Position numbers and translations under genes: made by a program. This document shows, piece by piece, positions 38,265 to 52,100 of a DNA stretch of 64,000 nucleotides. Position 1 is the first letter of the stretch, and each line of letters starts with the position of its first letter. The DNA is from Balanoglossus misakiensis (Eukaryota; Animalia; Hemichordata), in the NCBI GenBank assembly GCA_040954595.2, contig CM082586.2, positions 11,811,337 through 11,875,336 of the forward strand, given 5' to 3'. A model generated the notes under the pieces. It searched no databases. It was not told the origin of the DNA and saw nothing but the letters and a program-made list of their open reading frames with translations.

Positions 38265-39440
38265 GGGTTAGAGATACAGTGTTTTATATTAATATGCATT
38301 AATATGAAACTAAAATTTGATGGTTAATTTAAGACCCCCCTGAGCAATGGTAACCTCGTTAAATATGTGCATATCTAATTCTAGGCTATTCAGCTGAAGT
38401 AGAAACCTGGACATGGACAACTTCGGGGTCAAAATCTTTTGACAAACATTTGTGTGATCTTGGGTAAACTTTGACCTACATTCCTATATTTTAGCATCCA
38501 GAGCAGATACAACCTTGACACTTGGAGTGATAAAACTATTTGATTGAGTATTATGTCTTGCCTCATTAATTATGTACTTACCTAATGCCAGCCTAACCAA
38601 TAGGGCTGGAAGTCTGGCTCTTTGGACATGATAAATTTGAGATTTTTCTACAGCAGCCAGCCTTCTCTTAAAAAGAATGGACAATATAAAGGCTTTGATG
38701 GTATGCTGAACTTTTGACTCCCTCCCTGAGACTGTGTGCCAATGACGGGATAGCCTACTCAGCGTTGGGTAGATCCTAAGAAGGCCTCAGCCAGGCATCA
38801 AATACAAAAAGCGGAAATCCAAGCTTTAATGGTGGGTTACATCGTTAACTTCCCTGCAGAGCTGATTTCTCAGACTGTGAGCCAATGACGGGTAAAGCCC
38901 CTAGGTAGGGGCCACCTAAGACAGGCCGGTCATGCTTTAATCACAAAGAAGGGCAAGTTTAGTCTTACCACAACTTTGTCTGCTGTATATGCTTCATAAA
39001 GATTGCAGAGTATTTTGAGAATACATTGTGTTAAGGCAGTGTGACCAGCTAAAAAGTACTGGCAAACACAGCCAATGTGTAATGAAAAACATCTAATTTG
39101 GCTGAATAAAAGACATAAAACACAGCAAAAGCACTGTGACTAGCTGAGACATAATACTCCATTATGCAGTTCCATCACTCCAAGTGTCAAGGATGTATCT
39201 GTGCCGGATGCCAAGATATAGGAATGTAGGTCAAAGTTTACCCAAGATCACCCAACATTTTGTCAAAAGATTTTGACCCCAAAGTTGTCCATTCTACCGC
39301 AACTGGATAGCCTAGAATTAGATATGTACATATTTAATGAGGTTACCATGGATCAAGGCAGTCCTAAGTAAACCATCAAATTTTTAGTTTCATGTTAATT
39401 CATGTTAATATAAAACGCTGTATCTCTAACCCACTGGTAT
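38265..39440. repeat. Right-arm inner inverted repeats (~38265-38560 and ~39146-39440) and conserved cassette
   Basis: Mirror of 22050-23240. Confidence 0.9.
38726..38927 (+). ncRNA. Candidate pair of structured RNA motifs (right-arm copy)
   Basis: CUGAG..GCCAAUGACGGGAU..AUCCUAAGAAGGCCUCAG (38726-38790) and AGACUGUGAGCCAAUGACGGGUAAAGCCCCUAGGUAGGGGCCACCUAAGACAGGCC (38872-38927). Confidence 0.4.
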
Positions 39441-41879
39441 GCCATTCTGTGTTTCATGCTACCCAATATGGGTAAGTAGGTAAAAAGTCACCCTAGGCCA
39501 TTTGAAATTTTGCTGAAAAAATCTCGTCTCTTACATATGTACATTTGGTAAAAGGGAAATTTTAATCACGGAGTAGAACATATTCATAAAAAATATTTGA
39601 GGGAAAGAAGGAAGTTTTTCATAGCTTTGGTGCGTCAAATAGTAGAGAGGTTCCCTTGTTATCCTTAGACTCAAACTCAGAGTTTCCAATCTTTCAGTAT
39701 TTTCATGATATTACTTTCCATCTTAGATTTGTTCATCTAAACAAACTGACTGATAGGTATACATGAACATTTTATTGACTAATGAATGTGACTGTATGTT
39801 GCAATTTAAAGAAGTCAGATATTAAACGAGCGCCACACCTGTTTTAATCAGCCTCCATATGGAGGGTACACATCGCAGAGAGATGACAAACCCCATGCAA
39901 ATTCAAGTAATATGGCTCAATGGTGCTGATTTTAAAGGATAGGTGGATGATTTGAAAAATGTTATTGTGGAAAAAGATGTGTAAAATTTGGCAGCTTGTG
40001 AGGCTTTAATTGTAAAATCTTTGAAATGTGTTTTACTCTTTAGGTCCAATTTTGTATATGTCAATATACCATTGGGACCAATGTGAAATTGTTCTAAACT
40101 CAGAAACTCAAGAAGGTACTGGTCAGATTGCTTTAGAAATTGGTGTGTATTTATGTTATTGAGACTTTATACAGATTTTATTTTTCATTTTTGAAGTATA
40201 TTTTTGGGGTGATTTTGGTCGTCATATACTCAGAAACCTCTACCCACATTTTTTTTAAAATTTGGTTTGCATGTTCTTAGGTGTGATTTTATGACAATTT
40301 AACAAACCCAGTGATGGAAGTGACAATATTGTTTTTGTTTTTTTGGCAATTTCTGCCATTTTTGTCTGATTGCTTTGCAATTTAGTTTGCAGTTTCTACG
40401 GAATTCTTACTGTGGTGCACAAAATTCACAAAGGTGATTTACTATCCTCATGCGCTTTGTTGAACTGGCACCCTGTTGCAAAACAGACATTACAACACTC
40501 TTTGAATTGAATTCATAGCTACCAATTTTTCGGGGGTGTAGCACCTTTTTATGCCTAAAACTTTGATCGAGAACTTCAAATTAAATGCAACCCTCCAAAT
40601 ATTTGCAATATTTCAGGTAAAATGATTTAATTTTAAAGCATAAATTTTGATGTATTCATAATCATTAAGAGAAACACATTTTGAAAATAGAATATTAATC
40701 ACACTAGCAGTCATAATACTTTTGAATTATCACTAAAGAACATATAGAAAAATTAAACAGGTTTTAATTATTTATATTTGAACGCAAAGCGTAAATTCCC
40801 TTGTGCCATGGAATTGACAATCTGCAACTGGTGGGGTCCTTGTGCCAGTAAAAAGCATCAGATAAATTCTGCATGCTCATCACCGAGGCAATTTAGGTGT
40901 ACTTTTGTACTTTGAGAACTGTCGGTTTTCGCAACTGAAACTCTGTTCACAGGACAGAGGAAAAACTAGAATGACAACAGCTATGTAAGCTAACAAAAGG
41001 AACACAGAGCATAGTTCTCCATACTCACATTTTAATGCAATAATTTTTGCTGAAACTGGGGCGTCCGTGGGCAGGCTTGCAAATAAGGCCCATGTCTCTT
41101 GTTCGCTGAGATTGTCTGGTTCTAATAATAGCTGTAAGAACTTGATCATTGACCGAACTGTTGGTTCAATTTTGCAACATTTTATGATTTCAAGCTGTGC
41201 AATATCTGCAACTCAGTTTCAACTTTGGTTGGAGGGATGATGATGAAGCCATTTCACTGACAAAATAGCGCTACTGACTGATGTCAATGTTTGTTTACAG
41301 TCAAATGCATTGCCATCATAAAAATACATGTGAGAAATTTCTTATGTGTATGATACACACTTTTGTGCATGACTGCAAACTCTGTTACAGTTGTGAAATT
41401 CTAAGGGTTGAATTCATTGGGTAGAATTCATGTTTTTTGGATTCTTAAACAACCAGTCACGAAAGCTAAGTGGTTACCTCAGAGAAACTGTGTTAAATTT
41501 GGTCATCAATTGCTTTAAATCACACAAGACATTCCCAGAGCTAAAGTTACTGCAGCAGTCAGTTTCAACTCAGCTTGCAAATTGGGATCATGTCTTGTGT
41601 TCATCGAGACTGTCTGTAGTCGAGTTGACAGTCCTATGGGGTCAATGATGAACCTACAAATGTTCTTTCCAATGAAATTGTTATAAATCTAATATTCAGG
41701 ATTTGCATTCATACCTTAAACAATATAACTGTATTGCAAATATGGCAACTCTTCTAAGTTACATTGGAACACCTTCTCGCCACTGTTTGTGCCAAAATGA
41801 TGAATAAGCTTTCATTTTCAAGCCTTAACATAGCACCCAAAACAAGACAACAGCATTGCAAATATGGCATTTTTTGTTC

Positions 41880-42545
41880 AACACTTCTCATTTGCATAGT
41901 CCAAAATGGCCGCCAAACTCCTCTAACATGTAAATTTCCTATGGTCGTCTTAAATAGCGTGTAGTATCGCATTTGAAGGGTTTTCATCAATATGGGTACC
42001 TAAAACAATTTCAACGTGGTTGACATTGCAATGTTAGACAGCTGTTCTAATTTGCATAATCTAGAATGGCCGACAAAGTTCTCTAACATGTAAATTTACT
42101 ATGGTTGTCTTTAATAGTGTGTAATATCGCATTTGCAGGGTTTTCATCAATATGGGTACCTAAAACAATTTCAACGTCGTTGACATGGCAATATTAGACA
42201 GCTGTTCTAATTTGCATAATCCAAAATGGCCACCAAACTCTTCTTAAATGTAAATTTCCCTGTTTTGTCTTATATGGTGCCTAAAATCGCATTTGCAGGG
42301 TTTTCATCAATATGGGTAACTAAAACAATTTCAGCGTGGTTGACATGGCAATATTAGACAACTGTTCTAATTTGCATAATCCAAAATGGCCGACAAACTT
42401 CTCTAACATGTAAATTTCCCTGGTTTGTCTTATATGGTGTGTAATATCACATTTTCACGGTTTTATTTAATATGGGTACCTAAAACAATTTCAACGTGGT
42501 TGACATGGCAATATTAGACAACTGTTCTAATTTGCATAATTCCAA
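41880..42545. repeat. Tandem repeat, 160-bp unit, about 4 copies (about 2 copies at 16225-16450 in the left arm)
   Basis: ATATGGGTA(C/A)CTAAAACAATTTCA near 41990, 42150, 42310 and 42470. Confidence 0.9.
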
Positions 42546-43148
42546 CACCTGCTGGATAATTTAATTTTTGCCCTTCTTGTCCCATGATTATATGTGTAAT
42601 ATCTCATTTTCAATGTGTTTACATGTATATATGCAGAATCCATTTCAAACTAAGTGGGCATATTGTAGCGCCAATCTTATTTCTTAATCCGCACCACAGA
42701 ACTGATGCAAGGTTTAGGACTGGAAATGTATGTGGCCACTGGCCGACACCCCGGGCGAGAGGTCTCCAATTATTTTCAGCACGTAGTGTGCTTCCCGGTT
42801 GATAACATCAATATGTGTAAATGCCAAAAATCCGACCTATTGTAATACCAGTCAAATTTTCTTTGTCATTTACCATTTTTCTCTTGCATATGAAGGTTTT
42901 TCTTAAAGAGTACATACCCATATACATTTGTATGGGAGCACACATCCCCACCCCCTGCCAACAATAATTGGACAACTTTATTCTTCTTATACTTCTTTTA
43001 GTCTAAACATTCATATAGAGAAGGCAACATGTTCTTGAAGCTGCTGACTATGGAAATATGATGAAGTACATTTTCCTAGTTGTACATGTACAGTATGATA
43101 GGCCCAATGTACCAATTGGAGATGTGTGCCTTACAGGCAACATACATG

Positions 43149-46100
43149 TAGCTCTGCATGGCCTGGTTAATCAATGTTGACGCAAAGGTTGACCCTACCA
43201 AACACTCAAAATTAATGGGCACGACACTGGCCACTAGCTCTGCATGGCCTGGTTAATCAATGTTGACGCAAAGGTTGACCCCACCAAACACTCAAAATTG
43301 ATGGGCACGACACTGGCCACTAGCTCTGCATGGCCTGGTTAATCAATGTTGACGCAAAGGTTGACCCCACCAAACACTCAAAATTGATGGGCACGACACT
43401 GGCCACTAGCTCTGCATGGCCTGGTTAATCAATTTTGACGCAAAGGTTGACCCCACCAAACACTCAAAATTGATGGGCACGACACTGGCCACTAGCTCTG
43501 CATGGCCTGGTTAATCAATGTTGACGCAAAGGTTGACCCCACCAAACACTCAAAATTGTTGGGCACGACACTGGCTACTACAATGTAGCTCTGCATGGCC
43601 TGGTTAATCAATGTTGACGCAAAGGTTGACCCCACCAAACACTCAAAATTGATGGGCACGACACTGGCCACTAGCTCTGCATGGCCTGGTTAATCAATGT
43701 TGACGCAAAGGTTAACCCCACCAAACACTCAAAATTGATGGGCACGACAATGGCCACTACAATGTAGCTCTGCATGGCCTGGTTAATCAATGTTGACGCA
43801 AAGGTTGACCCCACCAAACACTCAAAATTGATGGGCACGACACTGGCCACTAGCTCTGCATGGCCTGGTTAATCAATGTTGACGCAAAGGTTGACCCCAC
43901 CAAACACTCAAAATTGATGGGCACGACACTGGCCACTAGCTCTGCATGGCCTGGTTAATCAATGTTGACGCAAAGGTTGACCCCACCAAACACTCAAAAT
44001 TGATGGGCACGACACTGGCCACTAGCTCTGCATGGCCTGGTTAATCAAGGTTGACGCAAAGGTTGACCCCACCAAACACTCAAAATTGATGGGCTCGACA
44101 CTGGCCACTAGCTCTGCATGGCCTGGCTAATCAAGGTTGACACAAAGGTTGACCCCACCAAACACTCAAAATTGATGGGCACGGCACTGGCCACTAGCTC
44201 TGCATGGCCTGGCTAATCAAGGTTGACGCAAAGGTTGACCCCACCAAACACTCAAAATTAATGGGCGCGACACTGGCCACTAGCTCTGGCCTGGCTAATT
44301 AATGTTGACGCAAGGGTTGACCCCACCAAACACTCAAAATTAATGGGCGCGACACTGGCCACTAAGCGCTGGCCTGGCTAATCAATGTTGACGCAAGGGT
44401 TGACCCCACCAAACACTCATAATTGATGGGCACGACACTCGCCACTAGCTCTGGCCTGGCTAATCAAGGTTGACGCAAAGGTTGACCCCACCAAACACTC
44501 AAAATTGATGGGCACGACACTGGCCACTAGCTCTGCATGGCCTGGTTAATCAATGTTGACGCAAAGGTTGACCCCACCAAACACTCAAAATTGATGGGCA
44601 CGACACTGGCCACTAGCTCTGCATGGCCTGGCTAATCAAGGTTGACGCAAGGGTTGACCCCACCAAACACTCAAAATTGATGGGCACGACACTGGCCACT
44701 AGCTCTGCATGGCCTGGTTAATCAATGTTGACGCAAAGGTTGACCCCACCAAACACTCAAAATTGATGGGCACGACACTGGCCACTAGCTCTGCATGGCC
44801 TGGTTAATCAATGTTGACGCAAAGGTTGACCCCACCAAACACTCAAAATTGATGGGCACGACACTGGCCACTAGCTCTGCATGGCCTGGTTAATCAATGT
44901 TGACGCAAAGGTTGACCCCACCAAACACTCAAAATTGATGGGCACGACACTGGCTACTACAATGTAGCTCTGCATGGCCTGGTTAATCAATGTTGACGCA
45001 AAGGTTGACCCCACCAAACACTCAAAATTGATGGGCACGACACTGGCCACTAGCTCTGCATGGCCTGGTTAATCAATGTTGACGCAAAGGTTGACCCCAC
45101 CAAACACTCAAAATTGATGGGCACGACACTGGCCACTAGCTCTGCATGGCCTGGTTAATCAATTTTGACGCAAAGGTTGACCCCACCAAACACTCAAAAT
45201 TGATGGGCACGACACTGGCCACTAGCTCTGCATGGCCTGGTTAATCAATGTTGACGCAAAGGTTGACCCCACCAAACACTCAAAATTGTTGGGCACGACA
45301 CTGGCTACTACAATGTAGCTCTGCATGGCCTGGTTAATCAATGTTGACGCAAAGGTTGACCCCACCAAACACTCAAAATTGATGGGCACGACACTGGCCA
45401 CTAGCTCTGCATGGCCTGGTTAATCAATGTTGACGCAAAGGTTAACCCCACCAAACACTCAAAATTGATGGGCACGACAATGGCCACTACAATGTAGCTC
45501 TGCATGGCCTGGTTAATCAATGTTGACGCAAAGGTTGACCCCACCAAACACTCAAAATTGATGGGCACGACACTGGCCACTAGCTCTGCATGGCCTGGTT
45601 AATCAATGTTGACGCAAAGGTTGACCCCACCAAACACTCAAAATTGATGGGCACGACACTGGCCACTAGCTCTGCATGGCCTGGTTAATCAATGTTGACG
45701 CAAAGGTTGACCCCACCAAACACTCAAAATTGATGGGCACGACACTGGCCACTAGCTCTGCATGGCCTGGTTAATCAAGGTTGACGCAAAGGTTGACCCC
45801 ACCAAACACTCAAAATTGATGGGCTCGACACTGGCCACTAGCTCTGCATGGCCTGGCTAATCAAGGTTGACACAAAGGTTGACCCCACCAAACACTCAAA
45901 ATTGATGGGCACGGCACTGGCCACTAGCTCTGCATGGCCTGGCTAATCAAGGTTGACGCAAAGGTTGACCCCACCAAACACTCAAAATTAATGGGCGCGA
46001 CACTGGCCACTAGCTCTGGCCTGGCTAATTAATGTTGACGCAAGGGTTGACCCCACCAAACACTCAAAATTAATGGGCGCGACACTGGCCACTAAGCGCT

Positions 46101-49100
46101 GGCCTGGCTAATCAATGTTGACGCAAGGGTTGACCCCACCAAACACTCATAATTGATGGGCACGACACTCGCCACTAGCTCTGGCCTGGCTAATCAAGGT
46201 TGACGCAAAGGTTGACCCCACCAAACACTCAAAATTGATGGCACGACACTGGCCACTAGCTCTGCATGGCCTGGTTAATCAATGTTGACGCAAAGGTTGA
46301 CCCCACCAAACACTCAAAATTGATGGGCACGACACTGGCCACTAGCTCTGCATGGCCTGGCTAATCAAGGTTGACGCAAGGGTTGACCCCACCAAACACT
46401 CAAAATTGATGGGCACGACACTGGCCACTAGCTCTGCATGGCCTGGTTAATCAATGTTGACGCAAAGGTTGACCCCACCAAACACTCAAAATTGATGGGC
46501 ACGACACTGGCCACTAGCTCTGCATGGCCTGGTTAATCAATGTTGACGCAAAGGTTGACCCCACCAAACACTCAAAATTGATGGGCACGACACTGGCCAC
46601 TAGCTCTGCATGGCCTGGTTAATCAATGTTGACGCAAAGGTTGACCCCACCAAACACTCAAAATTGATGGGCACGACACTGGCTACTACAATGTAGCTCT
46701 GCATGGCCTGGTTAATCAATGTTGACGCAAAGGTTGACCCCACCAAACACTCAAAATTGATGGGCACGACACTGGCCACTAGCTCTGCATGGCCTGGTTA
46801 ATCAATGTTGACGCAAAGGTTGACCCCACCAAACACTCAAAATTGTTGGGCACGACACTGGCTACTACAATGTAGCTCTGCATGGCCTGGTTAATCAATG
46901 TTGACGCAAAGGTTGACCCCACCAAACACTCAAAATTGATGGGCACGACACTGGCCACTAGCTCTGCATGGCCTGGTTAATCAATGTTGACGCAAAGGTT
47001 GACCCCACCAAACACTCAAAATTGATGGGCACGACACTGGCCACTAGCTCTGCATGGCCTGGTTAATCAATGTTGACGCAAAGGTTGACCCCACCAAACA
47101 CTCAAAATTGATGGGCACGACACTGGCCACTAGCTCTGCATGGCCTGGTTAATCAATGTTGACGCAAAGGTTGACCCCACCAAACACTCAAAATTGATGG
47201 GCACGACACTGGCCACTAGCTCTGCATGGCCTGGTTAATCAATGTTGACGCAAAGGTTGACCCCACCAAACACTCAAAATTGATGGGCACGACACTGGCC
47301 ACTAGCTCTGCATGGCCTGGTTAATCAAGGTTGACGCAAAGGTTGACCCCACCAAACACTCAAAATTGATGGGCTCGACACTGGCCACTAGCTCTGCATG
47401 GCCTGGCTAATCAAGGTTGACGCAAAGGTTGACTCCACCAAACACTCAAAATTGATGGGCACGGCACTGGCCACTAGCTCTGCATGGCCTGGCTAATCAA
47501 GGTTGACGCAAAGGTTGACCCCACCAAACACTCAAAATTAATGGGCGCGACACTGGCCACTAGCTCTGGCCTGGCTAATTAATGTTGTCGCAAGGGTTGA
47601 CCCCACCAAACACTCAAAATTGATGGGCACGACACTGGCCACTAGCTCTGGCCTGGCTAATCAAGGTTGACGCAAAGGTTGAACCCACCAAACACTCAAA
47701 ATTGATGGGCACGACACTGGCCACTAGCTCTGGCCTGGCTAATCAAGGTTGACGCAAGGGTTGACCCCACCAAACACTCAAAATTAATGGGCGCGACACT
47801 GGCCACTAAGCTCTGGCCTGGCTAATCAATGTTGACGCAAAGGTTGACCCCACCAAACACTCATAATTGATGGGCACGACACTGGCCACTAGCTCTGGCA
47901 TGGCTAATCAAGGTTGACGCAAAGGTTGACCCCACCAAACACTCAAAATTGATGGGCACGACACTGGCCACTAGCTCTGCATGGCCTGGTTAATCAATGT
48001 TGACGCAAAGGTTGACCCAACCAAACACTCAAAATTGATGGGCACGACACTGGCCACTAGCTCTGCATGGCCTGGTTAATCAATGTTGACGCAAAGGTTG
48101 ACCCCACCAAACACTCAAAATTGATGGGCACGACACTGGCCACTAGCTCTGCATGGCCTGGTTAATCAATGTTGACGCAAGGGTTGACCCCACCAAACAC
48201 TCAAAATTGATGGGCACGACACTGGCCACTAGCTCTGCATGGCCTGGTTAATCAATGTTGACGCAAAGGTTGACCCCACCAAACACTCAAAATTGATGGG
48301 CACGACACTGGCCACTAGCTCTGCATGGCCTGGTTAATCAATGTTGACGCAAAGGTTGACCCCACCAAACACTCAAAATTGATGGGCACGACACTGGCTA
48401 CTACAATGTAGCTCTGCATGGCCTGGTTAATCAATGTTGACGCAAAGGTTGACCCCACCAAACACTCAAAATTGATGGGCACGACACTGGCCACTAGCTC
48501 TGCATGGCCTGGTTAATCAATGTTGACGCAAAGGTTGACCCCACCAAACACTCAAAATTGATGGGCACGACACTGGCCACTACAATGTAGCTCTGCATGG
48601 CCTGGTTAATCAATGTTGACGCAAAGGTTGACCCCACCAAACACTCAAAATTGATGGGCACGACACTGGCCACTAGCTCTGCATGGCCTGGTTAATCAAG
48701 GTTGACGCAAAGGTTGACCCCACCAAACACTCAAAATTGATGGGCTCGACACTGGCCACTAGCTCTGCATGGCCTGGCTAATCAAGGTTGACGCAAAGGT
48801 TGACCCCACCAAACACTCAAAATTGATGGGCACGGCACTGGCCACTAGCTCTGCATGGCCTGGCTAATCAAGGTTGACGCAAAGGTTGACCCCACCAAAC
48901 ACTCAAAATTAATGGGCGCGACACTGGCCACTAGCTCTGCATGGCCTGGCTAATCAATGTTGACGCAAGGGTTGACCCCACCAAACACTCAAAATTGATG
49001 GGCACGACACTGGCCACTAGCTCTGGCCTGGCTAATCAAGGTTGACGCAAAGGTTGACCCCACCAAACACTCAAAATTGATGGGCACGACACTGGCCACT

Positions 49101-52100
49101 AGCTCTGGCCTGGCTAATCAAGGTTGACGCAAGGGTTGACCCCACCAAACACTCAAAATTAATGGGCGCGACACTGGCCACTAAGCTCGGGCACGACACT
49201 CGCCACTAGCTCTGGCCTGGCTAATCAAGGTTGACGCAAGGGTTGACCCCACCAAACACTCAAAATTGATGGGCACGACACTGTCCACTAAGCTCTGGCC
49301 TGGCTAATCAAGGTTGACGCAAGGGTTGACCCCACCAAACACTCATAATTGATGGGCACGACACTGGCCACTAGCTCTGGCCTGGCTAATCAAGGTTGAC
49401 GCAAGGGTTGACCCCACCAAACACTCAAAATTGATGGGCACGACACTGGCCACTAGCTCTGGCCTGGCTAATCAATGTTGACGCAAGGGTTGACCCCACC
49501 AAACACTCAAAATTGATGGGCACGACACTGGCCACTAGCTCTGGCCTGGCTAATCAATGTTGACGCAAGGGTTGACCCCACCAAACACTCAAAATTGATG
49601 GGCGCGACACTGGCCACTAGCTCTGGCCTGGCTAATCAATGTTGACGCAAGGGTTGACCCCACCAAACACTCAAAATTAATGGGCGCGACACTGGCCACT
49701 AGCTCTGGCCTGGCTAATCAATGTTGACGCAAGGGTTGACCCCACCAAACACTCAAAATTGATGGGCGCGACACTGGCCACTAGCTCTGGCGTGGCTAAT
49801 CAAGGTTGACGCAAAGGTTGACCCCACCAAACACTCAAAATTAATGGGCGCGACACTGGCCCCTAGCTCTGGCCTGGCTAATCCAGGTTGACGCAAGGGT
49901 TGACCCCACCAAACACTCAAAATTAATGGGCGCGACACTGGCCACTAAGCTCTGGCCTGGCTAATCAATGTTGACGCAAGGGTTGACCCCACCAAACACT
50001 CATAATTGATGGGCACGACACTCGCCACTAGCTCTGGCCTGGCTAATCAAGGTTGACGCAGGGTTGACCCCACCAAACACTCAAAATTGATGGGCACGAC
50101 ACTGGCCACTAAGCTCTGGCCTGGCTAATCAAGGTTGACGCAAGGGTTGACCCCACCAAACACTCAAAATTGATGGGCACGACACTGGCCACTAAGCTCT
50201 GGCCTGGCTAATCAAGGTTGACGCAAGGGTTGACCCCACCAAACACTCAAAATTGATGGGCACGACACTGGCCACTAGCTCTGGCCTGGCTAATCAATGT
50301 TGACGCAAGGGTTGACCCCACCAAACACTCAAAATTGATGGGCGCGACACTGGCCACTAGCTCTGCATGGCCTGGCTAATCAATGTTGACGCAAGGGTTG
50401 ACCCCACCAAACACTCAAAATTGATGGGCACGACACTGGCCACTAGCTCTGGCCTGGCTAATCAAGGTTGACGCAAAGGTTGACCCCACCAAACACTCAA
50501 AATTGATGGGCACGACACTGGCCACTAGCTCTGGCCTGGCTAATCAAGGTTGACGCAAGGGTTGACCCCACCAAACACTCAAAATTAATGGGCGCGACAC
50601 TGGCTACTAAGCTCTGGCCTGGCTAATCAATGTTGATGCAAGGGTTGACCCCACCAAACACTCATAATTGATGGGCACGACACTCGCCACTAGCTCTGGC
50701 CTGGCTAATCAAGGTTGACGCAAGGGTTGACCCCACCAAACACTCAAAATTGATGGGCACGACACTGTCCACTAAGCTCTGGCCTGGCTAATCAAGGTTG
50801 ACGCAAGGGTTGACCCCACCAAACACTCATAATCGATGGGCACGACACTGGCCACTAGCTCTGGCCTGGCTAATCAAGGTTGACGCAAGGGTTGACCCCA
50901 CCAAACACTCAAAATTGATGGGCACGACACTGGCCACTAGCTCTGGCCTGGCTAATCAATGTTGATGCAAGGGTTGACCCCACCAAACACTCAAAATTGA
51001 TGGGCACGACACTGGCCACTAGCTCTGGCCTGGCTAATCAATGTTGACGCAAGGGTTGACCCCACCAAACACTCAAAATTGATGGGCGCGACACTGGCCA
51101 CTAGCTCTGGCCTGGCTAATCAATGTTGACGCAAGGGTTGACCCCACCAAACACTCAAAATTAATGGGTGCGACACTGGCCACTAGCTCTGGTCTGGCTA
51201 ATCAATGTTGACGCAAGGGTTGACCCCACCAAACACTCAAAATTGATGGGCGCGACACTGGCCACTAGCTCTGGCGTGGCTAATCAAGGTTGACGCAACG
51301 GTTGACCCCACCAAACACTCAAAATTAATGGGCGCGACACTGGCCCCTAGCTCTGGCCTGGCTAATCCAGGTTGACGCAAGGGTTGACCCCACCAAACAC
51401 TCAAAATTAATGGGCGCGACACTGGCCACTAAGCTCTGGCCTGGCTAATCAATGTTGACGCAAGGGTTGACCCCACCAAACACTCATAATTGATGGGCAC
51501 GACACTCGCCACTAGCTCTGGCCTGGCTAATCAAGGTTGACGCAAGGGTTGACCCCACCAAACACTCAAAATTGATGGGCACGACACTGGCCACTAAGCT
51601 CTGGCCTGGCTAATCAAGGTTGACGCAAGGGTTGACCCCACCAAACACTCAAAATTGATGGGCACGACACTGGCCACTAAGCTCTGGCCTGGCTAATCAA
51701 GGTTGACGCAAGGGTTGACCCCACCAAACACTCAAAATTGATGGGCATGACACTGGCCACTAGCTCTGGCCTGGCTAATCAATGTTGATGCAAGGGTTGA
51801 CCCCACCAAACACTCAAAATTGATGGGCGCGACACTGGCCACTAGCTCTGGCCTGGCTAATCAATGTTGACGCAAGGGTTGACCCCACCAAACACTCAAA
51901 ATTAATGGGCGCGACACTGGCCACTAAGCTCTGGCCTGGCTAATCAATGTTGACGCAAGGGTTGACCCCACCAAACACTCATAATTGATGGGCACGACAC
52001 TCGCCACTAGCTCTGGCCTGGCTAATCAAGGTTGACGCAGGGTTGACCCCACCAAACACTCAAAATTGATGGGCACGACACTGGCCACTAAGCTCTGGCC

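Larger units (their letters stand above)
33041..43142. repeat. Right arm of giant inverted duplication; contains its own long inverted repeats (~33745-34650 vs ~40640-41480)
   Basis: Colinear reverse complement of the left arm; 34261-34470 is near-identical to the reverse complement of 40770-40980. Confidence 0.92.

Noticed and set aside
38872-38927. Canonical SECIS element
   Set aside because: AUGA/GA and AAA are present, but helix II is only about 4 bp rather than 11-13, and no selenoprotein ORF is nearby.
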